Positions 10,192-18,986 of a DNA stretch of 64,000 nucleotides are shown one piece after another; the stretch's first letter is position 1, and each line of letters begins with the position of its first letter. Under the pieces are notes generated by a model. That model made no database searches, was not told where the DNA came from, and saw only the letters and a list, made by a program, of their open reading frames with translations. The position numbers and the translations under genes were made by a program. Source of the DNA: Elusimicrobiota bacterium (GTDB taxonomy: Bacteria; Elusimicrobiota; Endomicrobiia; Endomicrobiales; JBDRNC01); assembly GCA_043811535.1 (NCBI GenBank), contig JBDRNC010000037.1, positions 1 through 64,000 of the forward strand, written 5' to 3'.

Positions 10192-11843
10192 GGCTGATTA
10201 TTTATTTCCGTGCATTTAATGCTCATGTCGGTCGCCTGTGTATGGTCGGGAACCGCGGCCAGAACCTGATTGAAGTACACTATCGCTTCCGCGGGCTTGC
10301 CCGCGTCAAAAAATGCCATGCCTTTCTTAAAAAGCGCGTCAATGTTCCTGGGATCCAGCATCAGGGCAAGATTGAAGCATTTGATGGCTTCTTCGTATTT
10401 AGCCATCCCGTGAAGAGAGTCCCCTTTTATTATCCATATTGAAGGGTCTTCGACAGAAGAGCTGTTAAGAAGTATGGATATTGACTGTTCTATTGATTCC
10501 AGCGCTTTCGCGTGGTCCTTTAGCCGGTTTAGGCACAGGGCATTTTGGGTCAGGCAGTGAACGTATTTTTTTATTTTATCCAGGATTTCCTCGGGCGGGT
10601 CCGAGCCCATATCCTGTGGCAATTCTTTCTTGATGGTGTTTATCGCGAATTCATAACCTTTTACGGCTTCGTCGAACTTGTCAAGGGCCTGAAGACAGTA
10701 CGTTTTTCTCATCAGGGCTTCGGGATCGTCCGGAACGCTCTGCATATAGGTGTCAAATGCGCCGATAGCCTCGTTAAATTGTTTGGTCAGCGCGAACAGG
10801 CTTGCTTTTTCGAACCAGATAGCCGTATCGCCGGTTCCTGTTTCCAGTGAAGTGTCGAAGCTTTTCATTGCTTCTTCGTACTGCTTGAGCATGACAAGGG
10901 AACGCCCTCTTTCAAGCCAGCTTTTTGAATGCTGGTTGCTGGAGCACTGGAGAGCGTTGTCAAAGCTTTCAACGGCTTCTTTATGCTTCTTCATCTGAGC
11001 CAGCACGACGCCCCGTTCGTACCAAAGAAGGTGGTGTTCCGGCGAAACCTGAAGGGCGTGGTCGAAACACGCGAGGGCCTCCTGCATTTGTTCGAGCGCG
11101 GCAAGGGCTTTGCCTTTGTTAAGCAGTATCGACGCGTTGTTGGGCAGGATTTCCAGCGCCTGGTTAAAACAGTCAAGCGAATCTTTGTACCGCTTAAGCG
11201 CTATGAGCGATTTGCCCTTATTCAGCAGCGCCATGTGGTCCTGCGGCGAAAGCTGCAGGGCGCTATTGAACGATTTTAGGGCTTCTTCGTAGTCCTCAAG
11301 AGTATTCAATACGAGGCCCCTGTTATACCATACTTTCGGGTCTTGTTGTTCTATCTCTATCGCTTTGTCATAGCTGTAAACGGCGTCGCGGTAGCGGTGA
11401 AGCTTGCTCGCGGAAAAACCCTTATTGAACCACGCGATATAATTCTGGTTGTCGAGCTTCAGTATTTCGTCGTATGCTTCCACGGCGGCTTCGTGGTCGC
11501 CTGTCATCGCGTGGCAGATGCCCTTGTTGTTTCTTGCTGTTATGTTGTTCGTGTCAAGTTCAAGGACGTTGTTATAGGATTCTATGGCTTTATCGTAGGC
11601 GCCTATCGTCTGGTAGCACAGCGCTTTTTGGAACCATGTCTCGGTGTCGGAATCGTCGAGTTTCGAAGCGCCGTCAAAATATTTTATGGCCCCTTCGTAG
11701 TTTTCCATCTTCAGGAGGCATATACCGGCGTATTTCCAGCCGGCCGCATCCTTCGGATGGTCATTAGTGTGTTCTATATACAATTTCAGCGCTTCCTTGT
11801 ATTGGCTTTCTTTTCTCAGTTTATCGGCTTTTTTTATGCTCAT
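10188..11843 (-). CDS. TPR repeat protein
   Basis: tandem 34-aa W..KG..L..L..Y.EA...FD.AL repeats over almost the whole length. Confidence 0.9.
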   Translation of the reverse strand: MSIKKADKLRKESQYKEALKLYIEHTNDHPKDAAGWKYAGICLLKMENYEGAIKYFDGASKLDDSDTETWFQKALCYQTIGAYDKAIESYNNVLELDTNNITARNNKGICHAMTGDHEAAVEAYDEILKLDNQNYIAWFNKGFSASKLHRYRDAVYSYDKAIEIEQQDPKVWYNRGLVLNTLEDYEEALKSFNSALQLSPQDHMALLNKGKSLIALKRYKDSLDCFNQALEILPNNASILLNKGKALAALEQMQEALACFDHALQVSPEHHLLWYERGVVLAQMKKHKEAVESFDNALQCSSNQHSKSWLERGRSLVMLKQYEEAMKSFDTSLETGTGDTAIWFEKASLFALTKQFNEAIGAFDTYMQSVPDDPEALMRKTYCLQALDKFDEAVKGYEFAINTIKKELPQDMGSDPPEEILDKIKKYVHCLTQNALCLNRLKDHAKALESIEQSISILLNSSSVEDPSIWIIKGDSLHGMAKYEEAIKCFNLALMLDPRNIDALFKKGMAFFDAGKPAEAIVYFNQVLAAVPDHTQATDMSIKCTEINNQP

Positions 11844-11844
11844 T

Positions 11845-12876
11845 TTATTGGGTTGCCTGCATTAACTGTATACGCATATTTATGAGATACAATATCCCTA
11901 TCAGCAGAATACTTACGGCCACATATAGCAGCACGTTCATGATTATTTCGCGCGAGTGTTCTTTTTTTACCTTAGGGGGCAGCATCCCTTTAACATCTTT
12001 TATCATACCGGGCAAAAGCCTGTCCTGGGCCTTCAGAAATGTCTTGTTTCTATTTGATATCGTGATAACCTTTTCGTATAAACCGGCTAAATTGACCTTA
12101 GGTTTGTCGTGTTCGATGATCTTTACGGCGGCAACCGTGATGTTGTCGGGTCCGCCCTTGCTGTTCGCTTTATCTATCAGGTTGCGGCATATCGTTTCGG
12201 TGCTGTTATTGGGATTCATTATTTCGGATTCTATCTCACTTTCGCTTACGACGTTCCATAATCCGTCGGTGCATATCAGGAAGAACTTCGTGTGCGGTGT
12301 GACCGGTTGTACGTATAGGTCAAGATCGCAATGCTTATTGACGCCCAGAGCGCGCGTTATGACATTCTTCTGTTTGAATTTGATTGCTTCTTTCTTGCTG
12401 ATTTCTTTATCTTCAAGGAGTTCCATCACGAAGGAATGGTCCCTTGTTATTTGATGCAATTTAGTGTTCTTGAACAGGTAAAGGCGGCTGTCGCCGACGT
12501 GGGAGATATATGCAATACCGTCATGGATCATCAATGAACAGACGGTTGTGCCCATCCCCTGCAGGCTGGGGTATTTCATGGCAAGCGTAAAGAGCATTCT
12601 GTTGGCAAGCTGAATGGATTCAGCCAGGCACACGGATTGAAAAGGAAGGTTTTTTTCGTAAAAATCCCTTAACGGGACTTGTTGCTGCTTCTGGGCCTCC
12701 AGGATATGGTCCAGAATTATTTTTGTGGTAACGCTGCTGGCAAATTTTCCCGCAACGCTGCCTCCCATACCGTCGCAGATAATCCAAACGCCGTCTTTCT
12801 CGCTGACAGCGAAAGAATCTTCATTTTCGGGCCTTACCTTGCCCTTGTTAGAAAGGATACACGATTCAAATTTCAT
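11845..12876 (-). CDS. PP2C-family Ser/Thr phosphatase (Stp1/PrpC-like) with C-terminal TM
   Basis: GKVRPENED, CDGMGG, HVGDSRLY, TRDHS, CTDGL, GGPDNIT. Confidence 0.92.
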   Translation of the reverse strand: MKFESCILSNKGKVRPENEDSFAVSEKDGVWIICDGMGGSVAGKFASSVTTKIILDHILEAQKQQQVPLRDFYEKNLPFQSVCLAESIQLANRMLFTLAMKYPSLQGMGTTVCSLMIHDGIAYISHVGDSRLYLFKNTKLHQITRDHSFVMELLEDKEISKKEAIKFKQKNVITRALGVNKHCDLDLYVQPVTPHTKFFLICTDGLWNVVSESEIESEIMNPNNSTETICRNLIDKANSKGGPDNITVAAVKIIEHDKPKVNLAGLYEKVITISNRNKTFLKAQDRLLPGMIKDVKGMLPPKVKKEHSREIIMNVLLYVAVSILLIGILYLINMRIQLMQATQ

Positions 12877-12894
12877 GATTTAACCAATCTCGCA

Positions 12895-13042
12895 TATGAA
12901 TCCACCGGCCTTGCCGGGGATATGAAAGTGCGCGGGAGGTCGTTTATTTACCGCTACGCGGAAAGACCGGAGGAGCTCCACTAAAACACCCGCGCCGGTT
13001 TTTGTTTATATGCGGTTAGTGATAATTTCACCCGGATTCATA
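12895..13042 (-). ncRNA. candidate structured RNA (6S-like rod or cis-regulatory leader)
   Basis: terminal 9-bp stem 12895-12903/13034-13042, inner 7-bp stem 12930-12936/12989-12995, A-rich bubble; lies directly behind a consensus promoter. Confidence 0.4.
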
Positions 13043-13060
13043 GATATTAACAACTTTCAA

Positions 13061-13089
13061 ATTATATATGATTTTTGATAAAAAATCAA
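13061..13089 (-). promoter_or_regulatory. sigma70-type promoter for the signalling operon
   Basis: minus strand TTGATT, 17 bp, TATAAT. Confidence 0.75.
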
Positions 13090-13341
13090 TAAGTAAATGC
13101 AAAAAAGCGAATCCCATTTTCGGAAAAACCAGGAAACTGCCGCAACAATCCTTTATAATGGGGATATTATTGCCGTAGAATATCAAACGGGGCGTTTTTG
13201 TGCGTGGTGAAATCAAGGCATGGAAGAATTAGAGGCTAAGTACATGGTATTAGTCGTTCATAAATCCAGCGGCTATGCAATCCCCTGGTTTCTGCCGCAG
13301 AGTCCTTTCTTGTTACCAAAAATTAACAAAATAATAATTTA

Positions 13342-13379
13342 TGATAACGTTTGCAAAAAACAGTAATTTATGCTACGAT
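13342..13379 (+). promoter_or_regulatory. LacI/cre-like operator overlapping the promoter of the CBM lipoprotein operon
   Basis: TGATAACGTTTGCA (13342-13355) overlaps TTGCAA -35; TGcTACGAT extended -10 at 17 bp. Confidence 0.5.
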
Positions 13380-13436
13380 TACAGCACAATATTTAGATTT
13401 AATGCTTAAGCTCGTTTTGCTTAAGAGGAGGTCAAG

Positions 13437-14111
13437 ATGAAGAAGCTTCTGCCTTTGCTTTTACTTCTCAGCGCCTGCGCGACGCCGCAGAACGCTCCCA
13501 AAAGCGGAATAACGCCCGAGGGCACCCAGCCGGAATACGTGACCATAGCTGATTTTGAGTCCCATCCTAACAATCTTGGAGGGGATGTCGGGGTCTACGG
13601 CGACGGTGAGCCCGACTGGACAAAAACGAGCAACCCGCATTCGTGGTACTATGACCAGAAGTCGCCGCGCTTCAACGAAAAGAACATTAACGGCGGCCAG
13701 CAGTCGTTCCTTCTTATAAACGGGGAGAAAGGCGTGAAAAACGGCTGGGCTTCATTTGCGATGAATATGGGTCCGACAATCAACAGGGAAATCACCCCCA
13801 TAGAGGTGCAGACTCTGAACGTTTCAAGCTATCAGAAACTGACATTTATGGTCAAGGGTGACAAGGGCGGGGAGAAATTCAACGTTATTTTCCGTGACTC
13901 TCACGCCCCGGATTACATGCCGCAGGCAAGGGTGACGCTGTTTATCGATGGAGCGCCCAATCAGTGGACGAAAGTGGAAATACCTCTTTCCAAGGTCTCA
14001 TGGCAGGTGGATCTTAAAAACCTTGCCAATATAGGCATAGAATTCGGTTCGAATCTGGGAAATAAACAGGGCGCGGCTATATTTTTAGACGATTTCAGGC
14101 TGGAAAAATAA
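13437..14111 (+). CDS. lipoprotein with CBM11/CIA30-like carbohydrate-binding domain
   Basis: lipobox LSAC; IADFE...NNLGG, LTFMVKGDKGGE, WTKVEIPLS, IFLDDF. Confidence 0.75.
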   Translation: MKKLLPLLLLLSACATPQNAPKSGITPEGTQPEYVTIADFESHPNNLGGDVGVYGDGEPDWTKTSNPHSWYYDQKSPRFNEKNINGGQQSFLLINGEKGVKNGWASFAMNMGPTINREITPIEVQTLNVSSYQKLTFMVKGDKGGEKFNVIFRDSHAPDYMPQARVTLFIDGAPNQWTKVEIPLSKVSWQVDLKNLANIGIEFGSNLGNKQGAAIFLDDFRLEK

Positions 14112-14115
14112 TCTC

Positions 14116-15222
14116 ATGAAAAAAACCTTTATTACGTTGATGCTGCTGTTTGCCGTATCCTGCCGGTTGCCGGCTTTTGACAGATCCAATCCGGTATATA
14201 AATGGTTTGAATCCCAGCAGTTGTCTAACGGGCTTGTCCCAAGCCAGGAAAACGGCAGGATGTGTTTTACTTACGACCAGGCGCTGGCCATATTCATTTT
14301 TACGCTGGCGGACGACTATGCCCGAGCCGAAAAGTTACTGGATTTCCTGGTGCAAAAAGCAGGGAAAACCGAGTTCATAGGGTTCCCCGACATGTACGGT
14401 GATAAAGGCATGGTGGGGAGCTCCATCCGCGCGGCCGGGCCGAATCCGTGGCTGCTGCTGGCCATAAATTACTACACGAAGAAAACGGGCAAGACGGAAT
14501 ATGTATCGCTCGGCAAGAAGATCGCCGACTGGCTGCTGACGCTGCAGCGGGAAGACGGGGGGATTTCCGGGGGCTACGACGATATGGGGAATCCGTTTCC
14601 CTGGGTGTCGGCCGAGCACAACTTCAACTGCTATTCCGCTCTGACAGAGTTAAGCGAAATTTCGAAAAAAAACAAGTACAAAGCCGCCGCTGCGGATATC
14701 AGAAAATTCATAGAAAAAGAGCTGTGGGTTCCCCGCGAGGGCAGGTTCTACAACGGCTACAAGGACTTTAATTTCGCGCTGGACGTGGCTTCGTGGGGCG
14801 TGTTGTCGCTGGGCAAGAAATATTCGGCCGCCCTTGATTTCGCCATGCAAAAGGCAAGGTGTACTAAAAAGTACAGCGAGATGGGAGTTGAAGTCGACGG
14901 GTTTGATTTCGGAGGGCCCTACAGGAACACGCATTTTCCCGACCTGGACAGCGTATGGTTCGAAGGCATGGGACAGATGGTGGTCGCTTTCCAGCTTGTG
15001 GGACGCGAGAAAGACGCGGAGTATTTTATGCAAGAGCTGAAAAAGTGCCTGACGGACAGCAAAGTATTCCCCGGGACGAAGGGACTTCCGTACGCCTCTA
15101 ATCCGGGTACGCCTCCGTACGGAGGCTGGATGATGTTTTCTGACAAACTCTGCGTATCTTCGGGGGTCTGGTATTTATTCGCTATAGAAAGATTCAATCC
15201 ATATACGGGTAAAAAGATATAA
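14116..15222 (+). CDS. secreted (alpha/alpha)6 six-hairpin glycosidase-like protein
   Basis: signal peptide; TYDQAL, LQREDGG, SAEHN, VWFEG motifs in an all-helical pattern; operonic with CBM lipoprotein. Confidence 0.55.
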   Translation: MKKTFITLMLLFAVSCRLPAFDRSNPVYKWFESQQLSNGLVPSQENGRMCFTYDQALAIFIFTLADDYARAEKLLDFLVQKAGKTEFIGFPDMYGDKGMVGSSIRAAGPNPWLLLAINYYTKKTGKTEYVSLGKKIADWLLTLQREDGGISGGYDDMGNPFPWVSAEHNFNCYSALTELSEISKKNKYKAAAADIRKFIEKELWVPREGRFYNGYKDFNFALDVASWGVLSLGKKYSAALDFAMQKARCTKKYSEMGVEVDGFDFGGPYRNTHFPDLDSVWFEGMGQMVVAFQLVGREKDAEYFMQELKKCLTDSKVFPGTKGLPYASNPGTPPYGGWMMFSDKLCVSSGVWYLFAIERFNPYTGKKI

Positions 15223-15226
15223 CGGC

Positions 15227-15310
15227 AGTCGTTAGTATTTAGTCGTTAGCAGTTAGTTCGATGTATAATGTCTTATTTTCAAGACCTGACTGCCAACTGC
15301 TAGCCGCTAA
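15227..15310. repeat. inverted heptamer tandem repeat hairpin
   Basis: AGTCGTT-AGTATTT-AGTCGTT-AGCAGTT-AG opposed by CTGACTG-CCAACTG-CTAGCCG-CTAA. Confidence 0.7.
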
Positions 15311-15357
15311 TTTCAAAGCTACTTGATTCTTGACCCTATAATAAGTATTATATTTGC

Positions 15358-15558
15358 ATGAAGTTCCTGAACAGGCTGAAAAGGGCTGACTTTATTTTTG
15401 TCGTTATTCTGGCAGTCTTTGTCGTGGCCAGCATACTGCTGGTTTCTCCGCTGATGCTGGGCAGCCAAAGAGAATCTTTTGTCAGCTTCTTCCTTGTCTA
15501 TAATTTCACTATCCTGCTTATACTCATCTACCGCGAAAACCGCAAAAACCTGAAATAA
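15358..15558 (+). CDS. small 2-TM membrane protein, probably leaderless
   Basis: two hydrophobic helices; TTGATT-17-TATTAT ends 6 nt before ATG. Confidence 0.55.
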   Translation: MKFLNRLKRADFIFVVILAVFVVASILLVSPLMLGSQRESFVSFFLVYNFTILLILIYRENRKNLK

Positions 15559-15600
15559 TCAACGGCAGAATCAACGTCAAAAAATATTATCTATTAGCAC

Positions 15601-15629
15601 TTGACAAAAAGATACAAATATAGTATCAT
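15601..15629 (+). promoter_or_regulatory. promoter with palindromic operator (likely Rrf2 autoregulation)
   Basis: TTGACA-17-TATCAT with GATAC-N7-GTATC overlapping the -10. Confidence 0.6.
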
Positions 15630-15640
15630 TATAACAAGAT

Positions 15641-16042
15641 ATGAAACTGCTGACCAGGGACACGGACTACGCGATACGGGCGCTGTGCTTCATTGCTAAA
15701 CGGAAAGGCGGTGTTGTGAACGCGGCCGAACTTGTCGCCGGGTTGAAAATCCCGCGTCCGTTCATGCGAAAGATACTGCAGGAGTTGAATAAAGAAGGAA
15801 TACTAAAGTCGTATAAGGGTAAGGGCGGCGGGTTTGAGTTGAACGCGGACCCGTCTAAAATAACAGTTTCGGACCTGATAGATGTTTTTCAGGGATCGGT
15901 TAACTTCAGGGAGTGCATGTTTAAAAAGAAGAGATGCCCCAACATCTATATATGCCCGTTAAGGAGCAAGCTCGGCGAGATAGAAGAGTACGCGCTGGCG
16001 AAATTCAAGGGAATAACCATTAAATCGCTCACAGGGGAATAG
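15641..16042 (+). CDS. Rrf2 family transcriptional regulator
   Basis: TDYAIRAL, L.KILQ.L...GIL.S.KG.GGGF.L, three C-terminal Cys. Confidence 0.92.
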   Translation: MKLLTRDTDYAIRALCFIAKRKGGVVNAAELVAGLKIPRPFMRKILQELNKEGILKSYKGKGGGFELNADPSKITVSDLIDVFQGSVNFRECMFKKKRCPNIYICPLRSKLGEIEEYALAKFKGITIKSLTGE

Positions 16043-16045
16043 AAT

Positions 16046-16876
16046 ATGGCTAAGAGAAAAATCATTAAGATTGACGATGACAAATGCAACGGCTGCAGGA
16101 ACTGCATTCCCAACTGTCCGGAAGGCGCTTTACAGGTAATTGACGACAAGGCAAGAGTCATAAGTGACCTTTTCTGCGACGGGCTCGGGGCGTGCATCGG
16201 GCACTGCCCTCTCGGGGCGATTTCCATAGAGGAAAGGGAAGCGGAACCTTATAATGAGAAAAGCGTCATGGAAAATATCGTCAAGGCGGGCGACAATACG
16301 ATAAAGGCGCATTTAAAACATCTCAAGGAGCACGGAGAAGAAGAATATTTCAAGCAGGCTGTTGAAGTCTTGAAAAAGAAAAAGATCGATGTGCCGGACA
16401 TTGAGGAGCAGGAAGAAAGGCTTCCATGCGGGTGTCCGGGCTCGAAGGTCATGGATTTGCGGGACGATGCCTGCTGCGCTTCCGAAGACAGGGATGGCAA
16501 AAGCCCGTCCCATTTAAGGCAGTGGCCCGTTCAGATAACGCTTGTACCGCCAAACGCTCCTTTCTTAAAGAATTCGGATCTTTTAATTGCGGCGGACTGC
16601 GTTCCGTTCGCTTATCCCGACTTTCACAAGGATTTTCTGAAGGGCAAAACACTGCTTGTCGGCTGCCCAAAACTGGATGATCTCAGCCGCTATGCGGAAA
16701 AGATCGCGCAGATATTAAAGAACAACAGCCCGAAATCCGTGACGTACGCCCATATGGAAGTCCCGTGCTGTTACGGGTTTGTGGACGTAATAAAATCCGC
16801 GATAGCGGCTTCAGGCAGAAAAATTCCTTTCAAGGACATTACAGTCGGAATCAAGGGGGATATAATCGAAGGATAA
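16046..16876 (+). CDS. 2x[4Fe-4S] ferredoxin-domain iron-sulfur protein
   Basis: CNGCRNCIPNCPEGA, CDGLGACIGHCP, GCPGS, QWPVQ, AADC, GCPKLD, MEVPCC. Confidence 0.9.
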   Translation: MAKRKIIKIDDDKCNGCRNCIPNCPEGALQVIDDKARVISDLFCDGLGACIGHCPLGAISIEEREAEPYNEKSVMENIVKAGDNTIKAHLKHLKEHGEEEYFKQAVEVLKKKKIDVPDIEEQEERLPCGCPGSKVMDLRDDACCASEDRDGKSPSHLRQWPVQITLVPPNAPFLKNSDLLIAADCVPFAYPDFHKDFLKGKTLLVGCPKLDDLSRYAEKIAQILKNNSPKSVTYAHMEVPCCYGFVDVIKSAIAASGRKIPFKDITVGIKGDIIEG

Positions 16877-16902
16877 TTGCTTATCAATAAATAAGGATGC
16901 AT

Positions 16903-16945
16903 AAAAGGGCGGTAGATACGGCGGAAGGCTACCGCCCTTTTTATT
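16903..16945 (+). terminator. intrinsic terminator
   Basis: AAAAGGGCGGTAG / CTACCGCCCTTTT stem plus T-run. Confidence 0.8.
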
Positions 16946-17051
16946 TGAGACCAGGGAATAGAGATTAAGAGCCATTGTCTATTCACTAATTCCTATTCCC
17001 TATTTGCTTCTCGTGAGAGCATTTTGCTATAATTTCGATGTAAAATTTAAT

Positions 17052-17112
17052 AGTCCCCTTCGGGGATTTCGCATAAGGCAATTTAGAACAACGCTTAATG
17101 TGCTCAAGGAGG
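17052..17112 (+). promoter_or_regulatory. second copy of the eno leader element
   Basis: AGTCCCC-TTC-GGGGATT TCGCATAAGGCAATTT...AATGTGCTCAAGGAGG. Confidence 0.55.
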
Positions 17113-17116
17113 AAAA

Positions 17117-17656
17117 ATGAAAAAACTGATTTGCTTGATTTTGTCCGCGTCGGTATTCCTGGGGGGCGTTCCGGCCTATCCCGCGCAGAGTACGGAAGAG
17201 ATAAGAAAAGCCAATGTAGGAAAATGCGTAGAGCAGTTCGTGGCTTCGGCGCCCGATGATTTTAAGGCAAAAAATATATCGCTTGTGTCAAACGCGGACC
17301 CGAAAAACGCCGGCTGGATGGAAGAAGGTATTGTTTCGGCGTTTATGTCCATGGGTATTTCCATTATTGAGCAGACGGGATCTCTTCAGGGAACCGTTCA
17401 GCCGGATTACATAGTGAATTATAACTTGATAGAACAGAAAAAGGAAAGCGTTAAGATAGGATTCAAGCTCGTGGACGGCAAGACAGGTAAGCTTATTAAA
17501 TACTCCACTATGAAAGGGACGCAGGTGCCGGAGAATTTCGATTACGAAAGACGCGTCCCGAAACCCGCCTATCAAAGAGTAGAAGGAACTCCATGGGGGC
17601 TGTTCGTCGTCATAGGGCTGGTTCTGTTTGGCTACGCGTTGCAGCCGAAAATATAG
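17117..17656 (+). CDS. hypothetical exported protein with C-terminal TM
   Basis: signal peptide, strong RBS, hydrophobic C-terminus. Confidence 0.7.
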   Translation: MKKLICLILSASVFLGGVPAYPAQSTEEIRKANVGKCVEQFVASAPDDFKAKNISLVSNADPKNAGWMEEGIVSAFMSMGISIIEQTGSLQGTVQPDYIVNYNLIEQKKESVKIGFKLVDGKTGKLIKYSTMKGTQVPENFDYERRVPKPAYQRVEGTPWGLFVVIGLVLFGYALQPKI

Positions 17657-17663
17657 ATAACGA

Positions 17664-17752
17664 CAGCCATTGGCGATTGGCAATTAGCGATTAGTAAAAC
17701 ATAAAGTAGCACAACCTTTAACTAATGGCTAATGGCAAATTGCTGATTGCTG
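17664..17752. repeat. inverted heptamer tandem repeat between convergent genes
   Basis: (GCNATT[GA])n opposed by (CTAATGG)n-like units. Confidence 0.7.
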
Positions 17753-17755
17753 TTT

Positions 17756-18502
17756 TTATTTTGGCAGGAAAATCTTGAATTTGATTATACCCGAGGAATG
17801 AAGGACGTATTTAAGCAGGTTCAGAAGTGTTTCGATCCCATACTTCGTGCTGCGGATGAAGTTTATCGATGACGCCTCTTCAAAATACTTCGCCGGTACC
17901 GGAATCTCACCGATGCGGAATTTAAGCGCCGCCGCCTGAAATATCATCTGCTGGTCAAATATAAAATCGTCTGAATTCATCTCGAAATTGATGGCTTCAA
18001 GCGCCTTTCTGGAAAATGCCCTGTAACCGGTGTGATACTCTCCCAGATTCAGGCCGATGAACAGGTTTTCAAACAATGTCAGAAAACGGTTCGCGAAATA
18101 TTTGTACATCGGCATCCCGCCAACGAGCGCTTCCCTTCTCGTCCTGATGCGGTTGGCGAACATCACATCGCAGATGCCGTCCCTGATGAGCCCGGCAAGA
18201 TACGGAACAAGGCGAGGATCGTACTGGTAATCCGGGTGGAGCATCACCACTATATCGGCGCCTTCTTCAAGCGCCTTCCTGTAGCAGGTTTTTTGGTTTC
18301 CGCCGTAACCCTTGTTTTTCTCGTGCACGATGACCTTAAGACCGAGTTCCTTGGCAAGGGCCGCGGTATTGTCGCGCGACGCGTCATCAACAAGGATTAT
18401 CTCGTCCGCGCTTCCCTTCGGAATATCGTCCAGGGTTTTCTTGAGCGTTTTTTCGGCGTTATACGCGGGCATCACAACGACGACTTTGGGTTTCTTTTCC
18501 AT
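17756..18502 (-). CDS. GT2 glycosyltransferase, DPM1/polyprenyl-phosphate sugar synthase-like
   Basis: [39 protein letters not shown]; start placed at ATG 18502. Confidence 0.9.
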   Translation of the reverse strand: MEKKPKVVVVMPAYNAEKTLKKTLDDIPKGSADEIILVDDASRDNTAALAKELGLKVIVHEKNKGYGGNQKTCYRKALEEGADIVVMLHPDYQYDPRLVPYLAGLIRDGICDVMFANRIRTRREALVGGMPMYKYFANRFLTLFENLFIGLNLGEYHTGYRAFSRKALEAINFEMNSDDFIFDQQMIFQAAALKFRIGEIPVPAKYFEEASSINFIRSTKYGIETLLNLLKYVLHSSGIIKFKIFLPK

Positions 18503-18635
18503 AGGATGTTTAATTTTATAACAAATATCTTTTAAAATCAAGCGAAAAGCCTTATTTTCCGTCTAAAAATACTGTTTGAAGGATTGCGGGCCTGTGTGAC
18601 TAAAGTCACTTGCTAAAAGCTCTTGCTAAAAGCTA

Positions 18636-18664
18636 TTGACAAATAGATTAATCTTCTGTATACT
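18636..18664 (+). promoter_or_regulatory. sigma70-type promoter upstream of giant surface protein
   Basis: TTGACA-17-TATACT; preceded by tandem CTTGCTAAAAGCT x2 and palindrome GTGACTAAAGTCAC. Confidence 0.7.
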
Positions 18665-18742
18665 TCTAACACAGTTTTTAACCCCCTAAAAAAGGTTTCG
18701 ATTTGAATTATCTTAAACTCCTGATGTTATAATGTGCCGCCG

Positions 18743-18782
18743 TAAAGGCCGGAAACCGGTCTTTAGGGTTTTTTTGTTTTTT
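18743..18782 (+). terminator. terminator-like hairpin inside the leader of ORF 18987
   Basis: TAAAGGCCGG-AAA-CCGGTCTTTA followed by a long T-run. Confidence 0.55.
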
Positions 18783-18986
18783 GCATGTCGCCCTCATAAC
18801 TAGAAGTCTTCCAAACCAACGCTTACTTATCCCGCGTATGTAAACGACAGGGAGATTAACTTGTCCTCCATTTTTTTTCATTCAAGCAGGCAAAACCCTA
18901 ATCACGGCGTTTATTTGTAAAAATATATTGAGCCTTCAATCATTTATGATAGAAGGCTTTAATTTTCTCTATAAAAAGGAAATCCT

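Noticed and set aside
13020..13035. GGGTGAAATT as an FMN riboswitch (minus strand)
   Set aside because: Remaining FMN consensus (CCCGACCGGCGGT etc.) absent
18886..18910. GGCAAAACCC as a second c-di-GMP-I riboswitch
   Set aside because: No GNRA-capped P2 or CGCAAA junction
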